Assembly: GCF_009914755.1 (NCBI RefSeq)
Contig: NC_060931.1
Direction: 5' to 3' (one strand)
DNA length: 64,000 nucleotides
Origin: the human T2T-CHM13v2.0 reference genome, Homo sapiens
Shown here: positions 27,926 through 40,743 of the stretch, piece after piece
How positions within the stretch are numbered: the first letter of the stretch is position 1
How the letters are laid out: each line of letters starts with the position of its first letter
Translations under genes and position numbers: made by a program
Notes under the pieces: generated by a model
The model's database searches: none
What the model saw: only the letters and a program-made list of their open reading frames with translations
Told to the model about the DNA's origin: nothing

Positions 27926-30900
27926 GGAAGAGCACCAAGCTGAGAATTAGGATACAGAACAGCCTTCAGTTTACTAATTACATGACCTTGAGTGAAACAC
28001 TTGAGTTTTGTGTTCCTCCATTCCCTCAACTGCAGAGGATGCCTGCCCTTCCATTATCCTACAGTATTGTTGGGAGAAGAAAAGTTGTGAGAAAGCCCTT
28101 GTTAACCATCAGGTACCATGCAAACTCCAGTGTGTTATTTCCAGACAGCCGGGAGGTCTCTGCCCTCTGCTCCCACTACTGGGGTTTGACAGGTGTCAGT
28201 TGGTGATGCTGGATAATAGTTTCTGCTCCAAGGACCCAAATTTTCTAGTTGAGGGACACTCAGGTCAAGGCTTGACAGGGAGATTGAGAAGCTGATTTCT
28301 GCACCTTCTGCATGCCACCTTTCTCCACACCGCCTAATCAGTACTATGGCCGAGACTATCTGACTCCCATACCCATGGCTCAATCAGTTCCAAAGTCAGG
28401 GAAGACTGAAGTGGAGTGAATGACAGTCACTCCCATGACCACAGCCATTGTTCCCATCACCCAGGCCATAATGACCTGCTGGTGTGCATCTCTCTCCTCC
28501 ACTGTGTGGGCTCCTGGAGACAGATGCCATTCCACAATGCTTGGTATCCACCAGGAGGGAGTGCATTGCCAAGCCCTTCCCTAGGGCTCCATATATGTTT
28601 CACCATTCATTAGTTTATTAAGAGGTGCTAGTTCGTTAGTGTTGGATGAGGTTGCCCCAGGAAGGTGAAGAAAGGAGAGAAGGTATAGATAACCCTATGC
28701 CTGGGGAATTCTGGGATGCCAGGTGCTTGGTCAAACCCAGCATCTTCTCCAGCCAGCTGCCCACTCCAAGTCAGGAGTGTCAGGTCCCCCCCAGAGAAGG
28801 ACAGACAGCCATCACCTTCTCCTGCATAAGGTCCTGGCACATGACAGAGGCCACAGGTGTGGGCTCCCCAGCCTTACTGTCTGTCACATGCTCTGCAGAC
28901 AGGGGGCCTCAGGGAGCCTGGATGGCAGCCTTCAAAAGGGGCTGGGGATAGAGATGCACCAGTGATAAGCCACAGAAACTGAGAAATGAAATCACTGCCA
29001 TTCCCCACATGAGTGCTCATTAGCAAATCAGTCTCAGCTTGACCTCTAGTCCCCTGAGTCCCAAGACAATTGGGGCTCTGACAGACCCTCTAGGACCCCC
29101 CCTCATACCCATGTCCTCATGAGATCCTCAGAGTTACTTTCAGATACTAACCCACTTGTTCTGGGAGACCTCTTTCCACCCAGGCTGGAGAAAGCCAGGA
29201 CAGGGGTAAAGCATGGCTCAGAGGGTGAAGGCGGAAGCTGCTGTTCCCACCCTCCACTGACACCAGAAAGCCCCAGCTGCTTCCCTAGCCTCCACACTTG
29301 GTGCCCACTCAGGAATGTACATTTGTGACAGGTTCGTTTATGTCCACAGCAACACATTCCCATGAGGAGGCCACTCCTGGCCAACCAGCCCTCATCTCCA
29401 ATGGGAGCACAGCCGGCCTTCCCTGATTCACCTGAAGTTGAGGTACAGCTGAGCTCTCTGGGGGCTGCAGGTCAGCAGGTTCTACCCCAACGGCCCAAGA
29501 CTTTTCCCTCTGTGCGGTCCTCAGGCTCTGGCCTGCCCAGTGCTCTGTGGATGCTCCCTGGCACAAGGGGCCTTGTAGTAGGGGTTCTTCTTCCCATTCC
29601 TTCCTATCCCCCAAATGAACACAGCCAAAGCAGGTGCTGGGACCTTGTGAAGGAGGCAGGTGGCCCAGGAGTTTTGCGGATCCCGGCTCTGAGTTCTGGA
29701 GGTGTGAGTTCAGGGGGAAGAATGTGGGTCTCAGGATGTGGAAAGGGCTAGAAAAGCCTGAAGAGCCCCATGGGAGGAGCATTCTAATTTAGAGAGCTGG
29801 TACAGCCTGGAGCACAGTTGACATTCATTGCTACTCAAATCCCTTCTTCAAGCTTTTAGAGTTGTAACTATGATAAAACCCACAGGGGACCCCTTACCCT
29901 ACAAAATACAAGTCCTAAAAGCCAACCTCCTGGGCCTTGCCCTGCCCTCTGTCATCTTCCTACAACAGAAACACCACAGGACAGAGGTCATCTGGGACTG
30001 AGTTCTCAATTCACAGGGCTCAAGGGAGTGTCAGACTCCGTGACAAGAGAGATCTCCAGAGTTCATCTTGTTCATCCTCCACCTCTAGGCAGGAAGGGAA
30101 CAAGAAAACCAACCCAACAGCCTTGTAAATGAGTTGAGGAAGAGCTGGGTTTGCAAATGGTGCCATCGGGGCAACACAGAGCCTGGCCTGGCCGATGTCG
30201 CACGAAACACATGTGGTCTGAGCCGACTCCAAAGGAATCGTAACAGGAGGGTGGGAGCAAAGGAACTCGGGTATCTGCCAAATCAAAGGAAACTGATACT
30301 GTGCATTAAACACCAGCCTGGCCTTTTTCAGACTGGCTGGAGAGACAGCCCCAGGCCTGTGCAGAGTTTCTGGCCTCCTCCTTTCTACTCTCGGCCCTGA
30401 ACTTGCCTGTAACTTGAAAGGGCTAATTAAAGCCAAAAGAAAAATCAAAAGCTTGTTATCTTGCTCCATTACTCCCCGTCCCGGCATTAGCCTGTCTTGC
30501 AAAGCTGTTTTCCCTCTATTCTCTCCAAGGCTACCACACGGTGTTAGGACCTGCAGCTCTGCAGACTTCCATGATGAACTTGGCTTTTTGTATTGTGGCA
30601 GGAAGCAACGGCAGCACGAACACTTGCCCATGGGCAGCCAGACGGACGCCTGCAGCTGATTTTTCTCCCAAGAGCATCGCCCAAAAAGTCAGGGTTTTAA
30701 GAAAGTTTTCTACAGGAAACTGTCAGAGATTGCCAACTCCTCTGGTCTCAAAAGAACTTGTTGTTTAGTAAGTGCACAGTATAAACTTGCCGTCTTCTAA
30801 CATAGGCCTGCATATGTGTGCATGCTCGTGGGGAATTTATTACATGTATGCATGTATGGGTGTCCTGCAGGCAAGGGGGATTCTCTTCAATTGGTGGCTC

Positions 30901-32783
30901 TGTTACTCACTCCTAAGATGTGTGACCTTGGGCAATTCATTCAGCTTGCTGAGTCTTGAGATACTCAATGCAAAATGAATTTTTAGGCCAAGGCTCTCTA
31001 AAGGCCTTCTCAACACCAACATTCTAATACATCTCACCACAGACCCATGTTTGAGTGTCTAATAGACATGTCCAGAACAGCCTCTGTCATTAGCTGCCTT
31101 CGTTTGGAAGCAGTCCATACCCCCGTAAGTTCACAGACCTGTCTCATGGACTCTCTTAAGTGGCTCCACTACTGCCCCAAACAAAGGGCTCCAGGGGCAT
31201 TCCCAAAGGTTGTCACCTGCTAGGAAGACTCAGTAGATAAAGTGGAGTCCCCTCCATTCTCCAGTCTGGCTCTGATTTGTCAACTTTTTGCTGCCCTGCT
31301 TGGTCCATAGCACCTCTCCTATTTCCTTTGTGACATCAGGGAACTCCTGGATTTTCAAGACCTCCAAGAAGAGACGACATCTCTTAGTTTCAGCTGGCCC
31401 AGTGCCTGGAAGACTTGACAGTGGAAAACAGCTTAAGCCTAATGCCAGGGCACCATCTTTCTCCTCCCTCTTCCCTATCTCCAACCCAAATCCCAAAGAC
31501 CAGAGTGATGGCCTCTCCACACTCTGGCTGGGGAGGGTGCCAGTCCCCACTGAGATCTGCCTGGCACATAGTTATACTTTATGAAAGGAAATTTACACTT
31601 TTTTAAACAACCAAAATACATTTCCTAATATGGAACTCCACCAAAGTTTAAGGAGTCAAGAATCACATCAGTATGGATGCGTACTTCTGTCCAATGGATA
31701 CATTTTCCTTTCTTCTTCTCCCCAAATTAAAATTAGAGAATTGATGTTCTCAGACTAGGTTCATAATCTTTAAAATGCACAGTTATAAAAGGAAAAGGAC
31801 AAGAACACTGAAGATGCTGATAGCTGAGCCTTCCAAGTCACCCAAAGAATGATAGTGAAAAAGCAGGACCATTGTGAAGAGGAACAGAGTCAAGCCACAA
31901 GAAGGGGGATGCTTTTCATGGTGGGGCACACGTGAGCTAGGCTGTGACAGGCAGGAGTCTGTGTCCCCTGCTTCACCTGGGGTAACCCAGCAAGGCCATA
32001 CCCACCAGCCATGCGAAGACCCCTAAGCCAACCCTTCTCCTGCTCTCCCTCTGGCTCCCCACAGCTCTCCCATCATCCCATGCTGCTCTCCGGCTGCTTC
32101 CTGACTTTCTCACATGTCTCTTCCAAGGCACTGTGCACACAGAAGATGCTCAATAAACACAATTTGTCCCTTCCCATCCCTTTTCTAAGTTAGCTTTGCT
32201 TTCTCTATGTGTTCACTGCACTCTTACCTGACTGTGCTCTCATTTTAGCATTTCCTAAAGACATACAAAGGGCTAAAAACACACCTCTCCTGAAATTCCA
32301 TATCTATCCCAAATGTAGGATGACTCCTCACATTCTCCTCTCCTTCTACCATATGGTTTTTATTCTAAGCTCCCAGGAAAGTTATTTGCAGGCTTGGTGA
32401 GTACAAAGGGCATGTACGTGTCTTGCACTACAGCACACTGTGATCTAGACTCCAGCCATGCCCGGTCCCTACGACATCCATTTGACACAATTCCTACCTA
32501 TTTCCAGCACTCCCCGTCATAACCAGTGAGCCAATATGAGGCAGAGAAAAGTACACTGATGGGAATTTATGTTTCAGCTCCCACTCTGACTCTTATACAT
32601 TCAATGTCATAGTTGCAGAATATTTGGTGACACTCTGGGTCCAATGAGACTCAGAGATGGGATGGGATATACTCACTTCATCTGCAAAAGGGGAAGGATG
32701 ATACACATCCCATGGGGGCTACAGGCTGGGGTTCTCATCCTACACTCCCAACCATCCCAGCGCGCAGCCCTCCCTGTACTCAC

Positions 32784-33971
32784 CGCACTGCTGCAGGGGA
32801 TGTCCTTCACCTTGAGCCAGGCCAGGTCCAGCGTGCCCTCGCCCCGGTAACAAGACTGCAGCCGCTCCTTAATGCGGTCATTTATCTGCTTCAAGATGAA
32901 GATGCACAGGGCCGACTCATCCAGGGATTTCATTTTCCGCTTCTGGCCCTTGGAGAAGACGGTGAAGAGCAGGTCATCATCTGGATGGACTCCAAGGGTC
33001 CTGCCAAGCACGGCCCCCGCTTTGGACAGGTAGGCAGCCTGCAGCAGGCGGTACTCCACCCCACTGCGCTCACAGCCAATGGGCACCTCTACATAGGAGT
33101 TGAAGGCTGTGTCCTCCTTGCAAAGCCTCACGAGCTTGGATGTATACACCTGCTCCTTGGTGGTGGAGCCTGGTGGAGACACCATCTCAGGTTGGAGGGT
33201 CAAAAAGTAGACAAAGTTGCCACTGCTAAAACCATAGACATAGTAGATATCAAAGTCAGGGATGATGGTGAAGGTGTCCGAAGGGATCTTAATCATCGAG
33301 GCCACGAACTCATCATGGAAGACGTACGCGAACATGCCATCCGCCTCAGAGTTCTTGGTCAGTTTCCGGCTGGAGATGGTGGGAAAATACTCGGGCTTCC
33401 CATCCACTGCCGTGGCAATGAACAGCTTGTCATCCAGGTTGCTGTAGGAGACGATCACTCCAAAGACTGAGCCGCTCTCGTTGACACCTGACAGATAGTG
33501 CTCCTTCTTATGATAAGGCTCCCCCAGCTTGAAGAGGTCCTCCAGCCTCAGCAGCTTGCAGATGCCTTGGTACAGGCTCCCACAGGCAATCAGCCTGTTC
33601 TCCTTGTAGTCTATGAGGAGCATCTTGTTGACATTGTTGGTGGTGGTCAGGGGCTCATTGCAGGTCTGGACGATGCGGGGTGGGTAACACTTGGGGTTGT
33701 CCTCGTCCGGCCCTGTCTCATGCGTCACCAAGACCTTCAGGTCGCTGGAGAGCTTGTAAATCCGATTGACGGCCCCCAAGTAAATGTGTCCTGTCCTCTC
33801 ATCCACCACCAGGTGATTGAAACCCTCGGCGGGCTCTCCTCGGAATGTGACAAATGACCGCTGCTTCTGGGACAGCGGGGCTGGCTGCCGGGTGAGCAAA
33901 GTGGAGGAGCCCATGCCCACCATGAGGAGGTGGGAGAGAAGGCAGGTCCAGTTCCAGGGCATGGCTTTCAT
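32784..33971 (-). CDS. PLXNA4: Plexin A4 first coding exon, codons 1-396 (signal peptide plus N-terminal part of the Sema domain)
   Basis: Lies in ORF 32673..34199. It reads MKAMPWNWTCLLSHLLMVGMGSS...FNHLVVDERTGHIYLGAVNRIYKL...DIPCSSA, which I recognise as the plexin-A4 N-terminus. The ATG is at 33971-33969 in GCCATGA context and the donor GCG|GTGAGT is at 32784/32783. Length 1188 nt = 396 codons, phase 0. Confidence 0.97.
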
Positions 33972-34057
33972 GGCAGAGGCGGGTCCCAGTGGCACAGCAG
34001 CACTCAGGCACAGTCGTCCCCTCAGAGGGCCAGGACTCAGCAATGCAGTCTCCCCTA
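33972..34057 (-). other. PLXNA4: 5' UTR part of the first coding exon (86 nt), with tandem CAG/TAG splice acceptor
   Basis: Minus strand reads ...ctcattgtcttccctttctcCAG|TAGGGGAGACTG. A pyrimidine tract is followed by CAG at 34060-34058 and a second AG (TAG) at 34057-34055. Confidence 0.85.
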
Positions 34058-34264
34058 CTGGAGAAAGGGAAGACAATGAGCTGGATAACAATGCCAGTGG
34101 CTTCATTTCACCCCACAGCTTGTCTGCCTGGACTTTCAAAATGTTCTGCACACACTGAGCAGAACTGCACTGGGGGGTGCTGGAGGCTGACTGAGTCAAC
34201 CCCCACCACGGGCATGTGACACAGTCAGAGCCGGGTGGCAGCAGCCCCAGGAGGACACATCAGT

Positions 34265-34330
34265 AACGATAATGGTGGTGATGATAATGACATGATAATA
34301 ATAGCAGTGATGATGATGATGATCATGATT
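34265..34330. repeat. (GAT/AAT)n degenerate trinucleotide repeat
   Basis: gataatggtggtgatgataatgacatgataataatagcagtgatgatgatgatgat. Confidence 0.8.
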
Positions 34331-34440
34331 AACAGCCATTATCTACTGAGTGCCTGAATTTGTGTCAGACACTGTCCAGCACTGTCACCCGGGTCAGGTG
34401 CCACCAGCAGGCAGCATCCGCAAAGACTGGCTGGAGGAGA

Positions 34441-34487
34441 AGAGGGAGGGAGGGAGGGAGGGAGGGAGGAAGGGCAGGAGGCGGGGC
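34441..34487. repeat. (GGGA)n purine tract / G-quadruplex motif on +
   Basis: agagggagggagggagggagggagggaagggcaggaggcgggg contains more than four G3 runs. Confidence 0.85.
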
Positions 34488-35728
34488 TGCCTGCACTGGC
34501 TGCAAGCTTTGTCCGGTGTTCCCCACAGCAGGCCTCTGCACACAGTTTCTCCGTCTCCAGGCTCTGTGAACCACCTCCTGCTGGACCCCATCTGGCCGTA
34601 GAGGTGGTAACAGAGACCTCACTATTACTATCCACCCATACTACATTGCCCCTTAAAGAGCCACACTTTTATGAATAGCCCCTTTATTAACCTTTTCTCA
34701 AAGGACCAAATTTGTATGTGCTGTCTATTACCTGCTGGGACCCTGATTGGTAGACCTCCGAAGTACATCCTATTGTAGCCACATTTTATAGCTAAGGAAA
34801 GCAAGCTTAGGGAAGTCATGTAACTTGCATAGCTATAAGTGGTAGAGGTAGCTCCAAATATGAGTAGTGTAAATGTGCACAGGTTCGCAATCTTAACTGC
34901 TAAACCATCTCAGTTCACCCCAACCTTGCACAGTTGGGGCTGTACCGTGGTCCCTGTCCCATGCAGCAGAAGAATTAAGGTTGATCCCTTCTCGGGGCTG
35001 TCCATTACAGCCACTACCTCCAGTTCTCTGTGTCTGTACCTACTACTGCAGGAGAAACTTTCCTCTGTGCCTCCTCTGCTGGATGAAGAGGCCAAATTAA
35101 AAACCCACATCCTCAATCTCGTCACACTGCAGCTGCAACCAGGTCCTCTGGGTTCACTGCCCAACCCTGAGCCCTAATGTTATTTTAACAAGGCAGATCT
35201 TGGCTTCCTCCCCTAGCAGGGCCTCCTCTGAGAGGTTTTCATTAAAGGGAGAGAAAAAATGCTTTAAGAAGCAGTCAAGCAAATAAATAAACAAATAAAT
35301 ACAAAACTCCCCGAGGAACAAGATCACTCCCCATCCTGAGGGTCTCTTTCTATTCAAGGTGCTTCCTGCATGTGTTCCCATTGGACAGCTTTATGTTTCT
35401 TCCAGTTCGAGAGAATTCAGGGCAGGAATTGCCAACATCCTATCTGGGGGCATCTCAGCTCTGTGGAATTTTTCTCATTCACCCCCAAACACCTCAAAAG
35501 TAGAGAATGAGAAGAGGTAGATCACTAAGCAATGGAAAATTCCCCAGCAGGGAGCAAACGCTAGGTCAGATGGAAACCAAGAGAAGAAGGAAGAAAACCA
35601 AATAAAGACTTTGCATTGTCAGCCAGCATCCTAATGAAAAGCACAGGCCTTCTCCAGTCAATATCAGAGGAGGAAGACTGGTTAGTGGAACACACCACAA
35701 CCAAGAGCAGTGCTGAAAGCCAAGGGCC

Positions 35729-36250
35729 TTCATTCATTCACCATGTGGCAAATGTTTGCTCAGAACACACACAAAATGTGCAAGACACTGTGGGGCCCAA
35801 GGAGCAGATCCTCAACGAACGCGTAGTCAAATCAGGCCGATACCACCAGAACCTGAACTGATACGCACGACAAAAAGTCACATGGCATACAAGAGAGTGC
35901 TTTGAAAGTTCCTAGGAGGAGGAAGACTTCTAACTTAGGGTGAGAGAGGGCAAGGAGCAGGCTGCAGGAGGCCTTGGGGAGGGCATGGAATTTGGGCTGA
36001 GCTGTGAACTTCAAGAAGACAGTCAGAGCACGAAGGGAAAGGCCTTCTAGGGGAGGGGTCTACATAGCAGAAGCATGGGCATATCACATGAGGGTGTGTA
36101 CAAGGAAGAGTACGTCTGGAGAACATAGTTCATGAATGAATCAGGTGGAAGATGAGGCTGAAAAGAGAGAGCTTCAGCCTTGCCAGGATGTCACTGGGAA
36201 GTTGAGACTGAAATGCACAGTGTTGAAGACAGAAATGAAATTGTAGAGGA
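35729..36250 (-). mobile_element. L2 LINE 3' fragment (degraded)
   Basis: Starts ttcattcattca (reverse of the L2 tail), followed by purine-rich L2-like sequence. Confidence 0.55.
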
Positions 36251-38926
36251 AAAGAGCAAAGGCCCCCAGAGAGGAGCCTCTCCCTTTCCATTTAGCCTTA
36301 GCCTTTGCAGAAGGAGAGTTTGGAGCTGAGGGTCTGTGAACTCCACAGGGCAGGGCTGGGTCTGTCTTGCTCGTCAACACATTCACAGCTGCACATATAG
36401 AGGAGGCTCAACAACTGTTTCTTGACTGGCAGAAAGAGGGGCTGGAAGCATAGACGAATACCAATATCTGTGGAGTATTTACTGCACCCCAGAGCCCATG
36501 CAAATACTTTCACATAGCTTGGCTCACATAATCCTCACCACTGTTCCCTGGGATCAGAATTGTCTTATTCCTATTTCAGGTGAGGAAACTTTAGCTCTGC
36601 AAGGACACTGGTTAAGATGTAGCAGAACTGGGTTTGAAGTCCAGGTTTCAATCAATGCAAAATCCATACTTTTCTAGAAATGCACATTTCCAGAGCCCAG
36701 AAGATAGAGCACTTAGAAGCCCTTGTTAACTCATGTAAGCCCCAAACAGAAATCCTGGGATATCACCTACCAGTATCATGAGAAAAACAAAGTCCTCTCT
36801 GACCTTCAGGGGCTAAGCTGGTAGATAACACCGATCAGGTGAGTTCTGTGGTTTACCTCTGAAAGTATTAATGACTGTAAAGCAGCAGCTGCACAGAGCC
36901 TCTGCCTAGCACAGTTAAGTGCTTAGGAAATGATAGTTGCTGTCGTTGTTATCGTTAGCAAGATTAAAATAGGATTAGAAAGATTAGGATTATGATAATG
37001 AGATGGTTCCTGGTGGTACATCTCAAGATGAGTGATGAAGAGTCAAGATGGTTCACCTTGAATTGCTTGTGCAAATTCAAATATCAAAGAAGAATCTATA
37101 AGTTTTTGATCTAAAAGAGATAATCCAGCTTAGTGATTCCCAATCCCTGATTTTAGAGACAAGGAAGTTGAAATCCAAGAGGTCAGATGAAATTGCAAGA
37201 GGTCACACATTGAGTTGAAGACAGTGTAAGACTGGGTCTCACACTGTCCATCCCATGCTCTTTCCACCACCCCAGCCTCTCTTCTGACTTTATGTGAATT
37301 CACTCCAGCAGCTGCTTCCAGCCTTTGTCTGAAAGAGACTGCTCTTTGGGCACCATATGCTCTGCCGGCTAACAGGGCCCTCAAAACGTCTCTGCCAACA
37401 ACCAAATTCCAGCAGGGCTGATAATCCCCCTTCCAGACAGGCAGGTGCAGGTCGGGGCTCCGCCACCAACTTTTCTGAGGAGAGAACTTCGCACAGTCTC
37501 TGTATCACAACCTGCCGTATGCTGGGGAATGTGTGCCTACCCCACGACCTGCCTTACTGTACATACACATGGATCCATGGCCAATCAGCAGCTCTCTAGT
37601 CTGCAAGAGGTGAGATGAAGAATCCTATAATTACGAATTTACTGAGCAGAAAGGTGCCATGGCTCATTCTGCATCTTCTATTAGGCACTGAAAGGAGACA
37701 CAGTTATGCATCTCAAACACTTATCACCCTCATCTGGGGATGGTGAGATTACTATACCCAGAGAGGAGGGGGGCCCACAGAAACAATAACATGTACTGGG
37801 AATAACCAGCCTTTCATTTTACACACTAAGAAAGGGACTGATTAGGAAACAAATAAGAGAGAAATGGAAGAGAAAAGGGGAAAATAAGGATGTGAGCTCC
37901 AGCTTGCCTCACCAAAGACCCCACCAGGAACCACCACAGAGGTGACACCCCGCCGAGCTTGGGACCCACAGATATGCAGAGCCACCAGCCCCCTGTCTCC
38001 CTGAGCTGTCTAAGGCTGCTCCAATCTGGCAAAGCAAGAGTTTCCAGGGGGGTTTCCCTTCCAGGATGTCAATTCTTGTAAGCGGTAACCCCAACCTAGG
38101 AAACCCCCACCCCAATATCAGAGCCTACCCACCATTTCGCTCTCAAGTCACCATTTAGCTAGTTTCAAAACCAAGTATTAGAAATTACATTCAGCCCAAC
38201 TCTGATTCTTAAAGGCAAGTAATGGGACCAAATAACCTTCACGATTGCCCCAAAGGATTCATCGAACTACGTAGAGTGGGTAAGAAGGCAGGAGAACTGA
38301 AAGACCCCGTAACCCAACTCAAACATGCTACAGTTTTCCCTTCTTTGAAATCAGATTTTAATTTTGAGTAGTCTCAGGGGAGATGGGACTCATTTATAGA
38401 AGCTGATCATCATTTTGATTAAAGAAATTGGGGTTGTCTTTGTTTTAGGCAGCAAGTTTCAAAGAACTGAAACTAATTTTCATGAAATAGCACCATCCTC
38501 TCAGATTCCTGAGTGGTAGAGAGGAAAGTTATTATAGAGTCGTTTAAAATAGCAATTACCCTGTGAAATTACTTTAGAGTTTACAAAGTGTTTTCATGGA
38601 TATTACCTTGTTCTGAATTTCTTGTTCATGACAACCCTGTTAGGTAGATGAGGTATTTATAAGTATGCCTTCTTTAAAGATAAGGAAACCAAGGCATGAA
38701 CAGGTACAGCTCTTGGCTAAGGTCACACATAGTCACGTTGGGCATTGGAGAGCTGAGCTCTTCAGGCCTCACTCAGTTATTCACAATATATTCCCTGGCC
38801 CCTTGGACAGAGTCCTGGTCCTCAGACCTTTTATTATGGGGTAATAGGATTCTCAGAAAATGTGCCCTAAGATGGCATTTCAAAATTCACGTCACAACAC
38901 ACCATGAATTAGGTGAGTCACAGGTG

Positions 38927-38939
38927 TTTTTTGTTTTAG

Positions 38940-38970
<31 letters not shown>

Positions 38971-39255
38971 GAGATGGAGTCACCATCTGTCACCCAGGCT
39001 AGAGTGCAGTGGCACAATCTAGGCTCACTGCAACTTCCACCTCCCAGGGGTTCAAGTGATTCTCCTGCCTCAGCCTCCCAAGTAGCTAGGATTACAGGTG
39101 CCCACCACCATGCCTGGCTAATTTTTGTACTTTTAGTAGAGATGGGGTTTCACCATGTTGGGTCAGGCTAGTCTTGAAGTCCTGACTTCAAGTGATCTGC
39201 CTGCCTCAGCCTCCCAAAGTGCTGGGATTATGGGCATGAGCCACTGTACCTGGCC
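38927..39255 (-). mobile_element. Alu (AluS-like) with (TTTTG)n tail
   Basis: Reverse full-length Alu. Confidence 0.94.
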
Positions 39256-39278
39256 AGGTACTCTTCTTAATGAAATAA

Positions 39279-39630
<352 letters not shown>

Positions 39631-39710
39631 GGTGAGACTTTTGTTTTACCCACTATATAGCAAACTACATATTGAATGTGATGTAAATATGTGTGATGTA
39701 ACTGGGTCCC

Positions 39711-40150
39711 TGGGATGGTTAATTTTATTTGTCAACTTGGCTGGGCCACGGTGCCCAGATAGTTGGTCAAACATTATTCTGGAAGTTTCTGGGAGGGTGT
39801 CTTGGGATAAGATTAACATTTAAATCAGTCTGCTTTGAGTAAAGCAGACTGCCCTCTATAATGTGGGTGGGCCTCATGTAATCAGTTGAAGGTCATGAAT
39901 AGAACAAAAGACTGGCCTCCTCTGAGCAAGAGGGAACTCCACCAGCAGATGGCCTTTGGACTTGGGTACAATATTGGCTCTTCTCTAAGTCTCCCATCTA
40001 CAAGCCTACCCTACAGGTTTTGAACTTGGTGCCTCCAAAATTGTGTGAGCCAATTCCTTAAATCAATCTCTGTGTCTCTATGCACACACACACACACACA
40101 CACACACATCCTCTTGGTTCTGTTTTCTTTGAAGAAGCCCAACTAATATA
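39711..40150 (+). mobile_element. MLT2B-like ERVL solo LTR with internal (CA)n
   Basis: gatggttaattttatttgtcaacttggctgggccac...gtaaagcagactgccctctataatgtgggtgggcctcat...tggttctgttttc...actaatata. Confidence 0.85.
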
Positions 40151-40249
40151 GTCATGGTCAAAAAAATTTGAAACACACTTTCAGAGACGGTGCATACCTG
40201 TTGTTTTTGCTGTCATTCATTTATCCTCTGGGCATCTGTGCCTTTGCCC

Positions 40250-40743
40250 AAACACTTCTGCTGGAATTGACTCCACCTCTGGTTCAAAGCCTGAGCCACT
40301 CAGCACAGAACGGGGGTCGGGAGGGCATAGTGATTGGATCAGGAATGAGAAACTGGTTAAATCAGGTCTCCGACAAGCAACAGGCTTTGGATAGGGATAC
40401 TAGGGGGAGAAAGTTCTAGCTCTTCCACCAGATGTAACCTTGGAGAGGCAAGGGCCTAAGAACCGCTAGTGCCATCTTGTAATCACAGGGGTGAGAGCAG
40501 GGGACAGGAGCCTGGAAGAATGAAGCCAAAGTACTGAGAAGAGCAGAACTAAGCCAAAGGATAGAGAGTACTGGGTCCCAGGCCTGGCGACATCCTATAA
40601 ATGTCTCAATTGTGTCCACTGAAGCCAGCTCTATGCCTGTACTTTCCGGTTACGCAAGTCAAAAAAAATTTTTCCCCTTTTGCAGAAGCCAGTTTGGGTT
40701 CGGTTTTCTGGCACTTGCTGATGTAAGGATCCTAACCTATACA
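40250..40743 (+). mobile_element. MaLR LTR relic, MLT1K-like
   Basis: gccatcttg...gaatgaagccaa...ctgaagccagctc...aagccagtttgggttcggttttctggcacttgc...cctaacctataca. Confidence 0.6.

Noticed and set aside
32712-33857. Plus-strand ORFs of 252, 119 and 61 aa
   Set aside because: They are antisense shadows of the GC3-rich PLXNA4 exon, with no independent coding evidence.
32673-34199. 508-aa ORF as a complete single-exon gene
   Set aside because: It starts at TTG in intronic sequence and runs past a consensus donor. The real coding part is 33971-32784, which joins the 14757 exon in frame.
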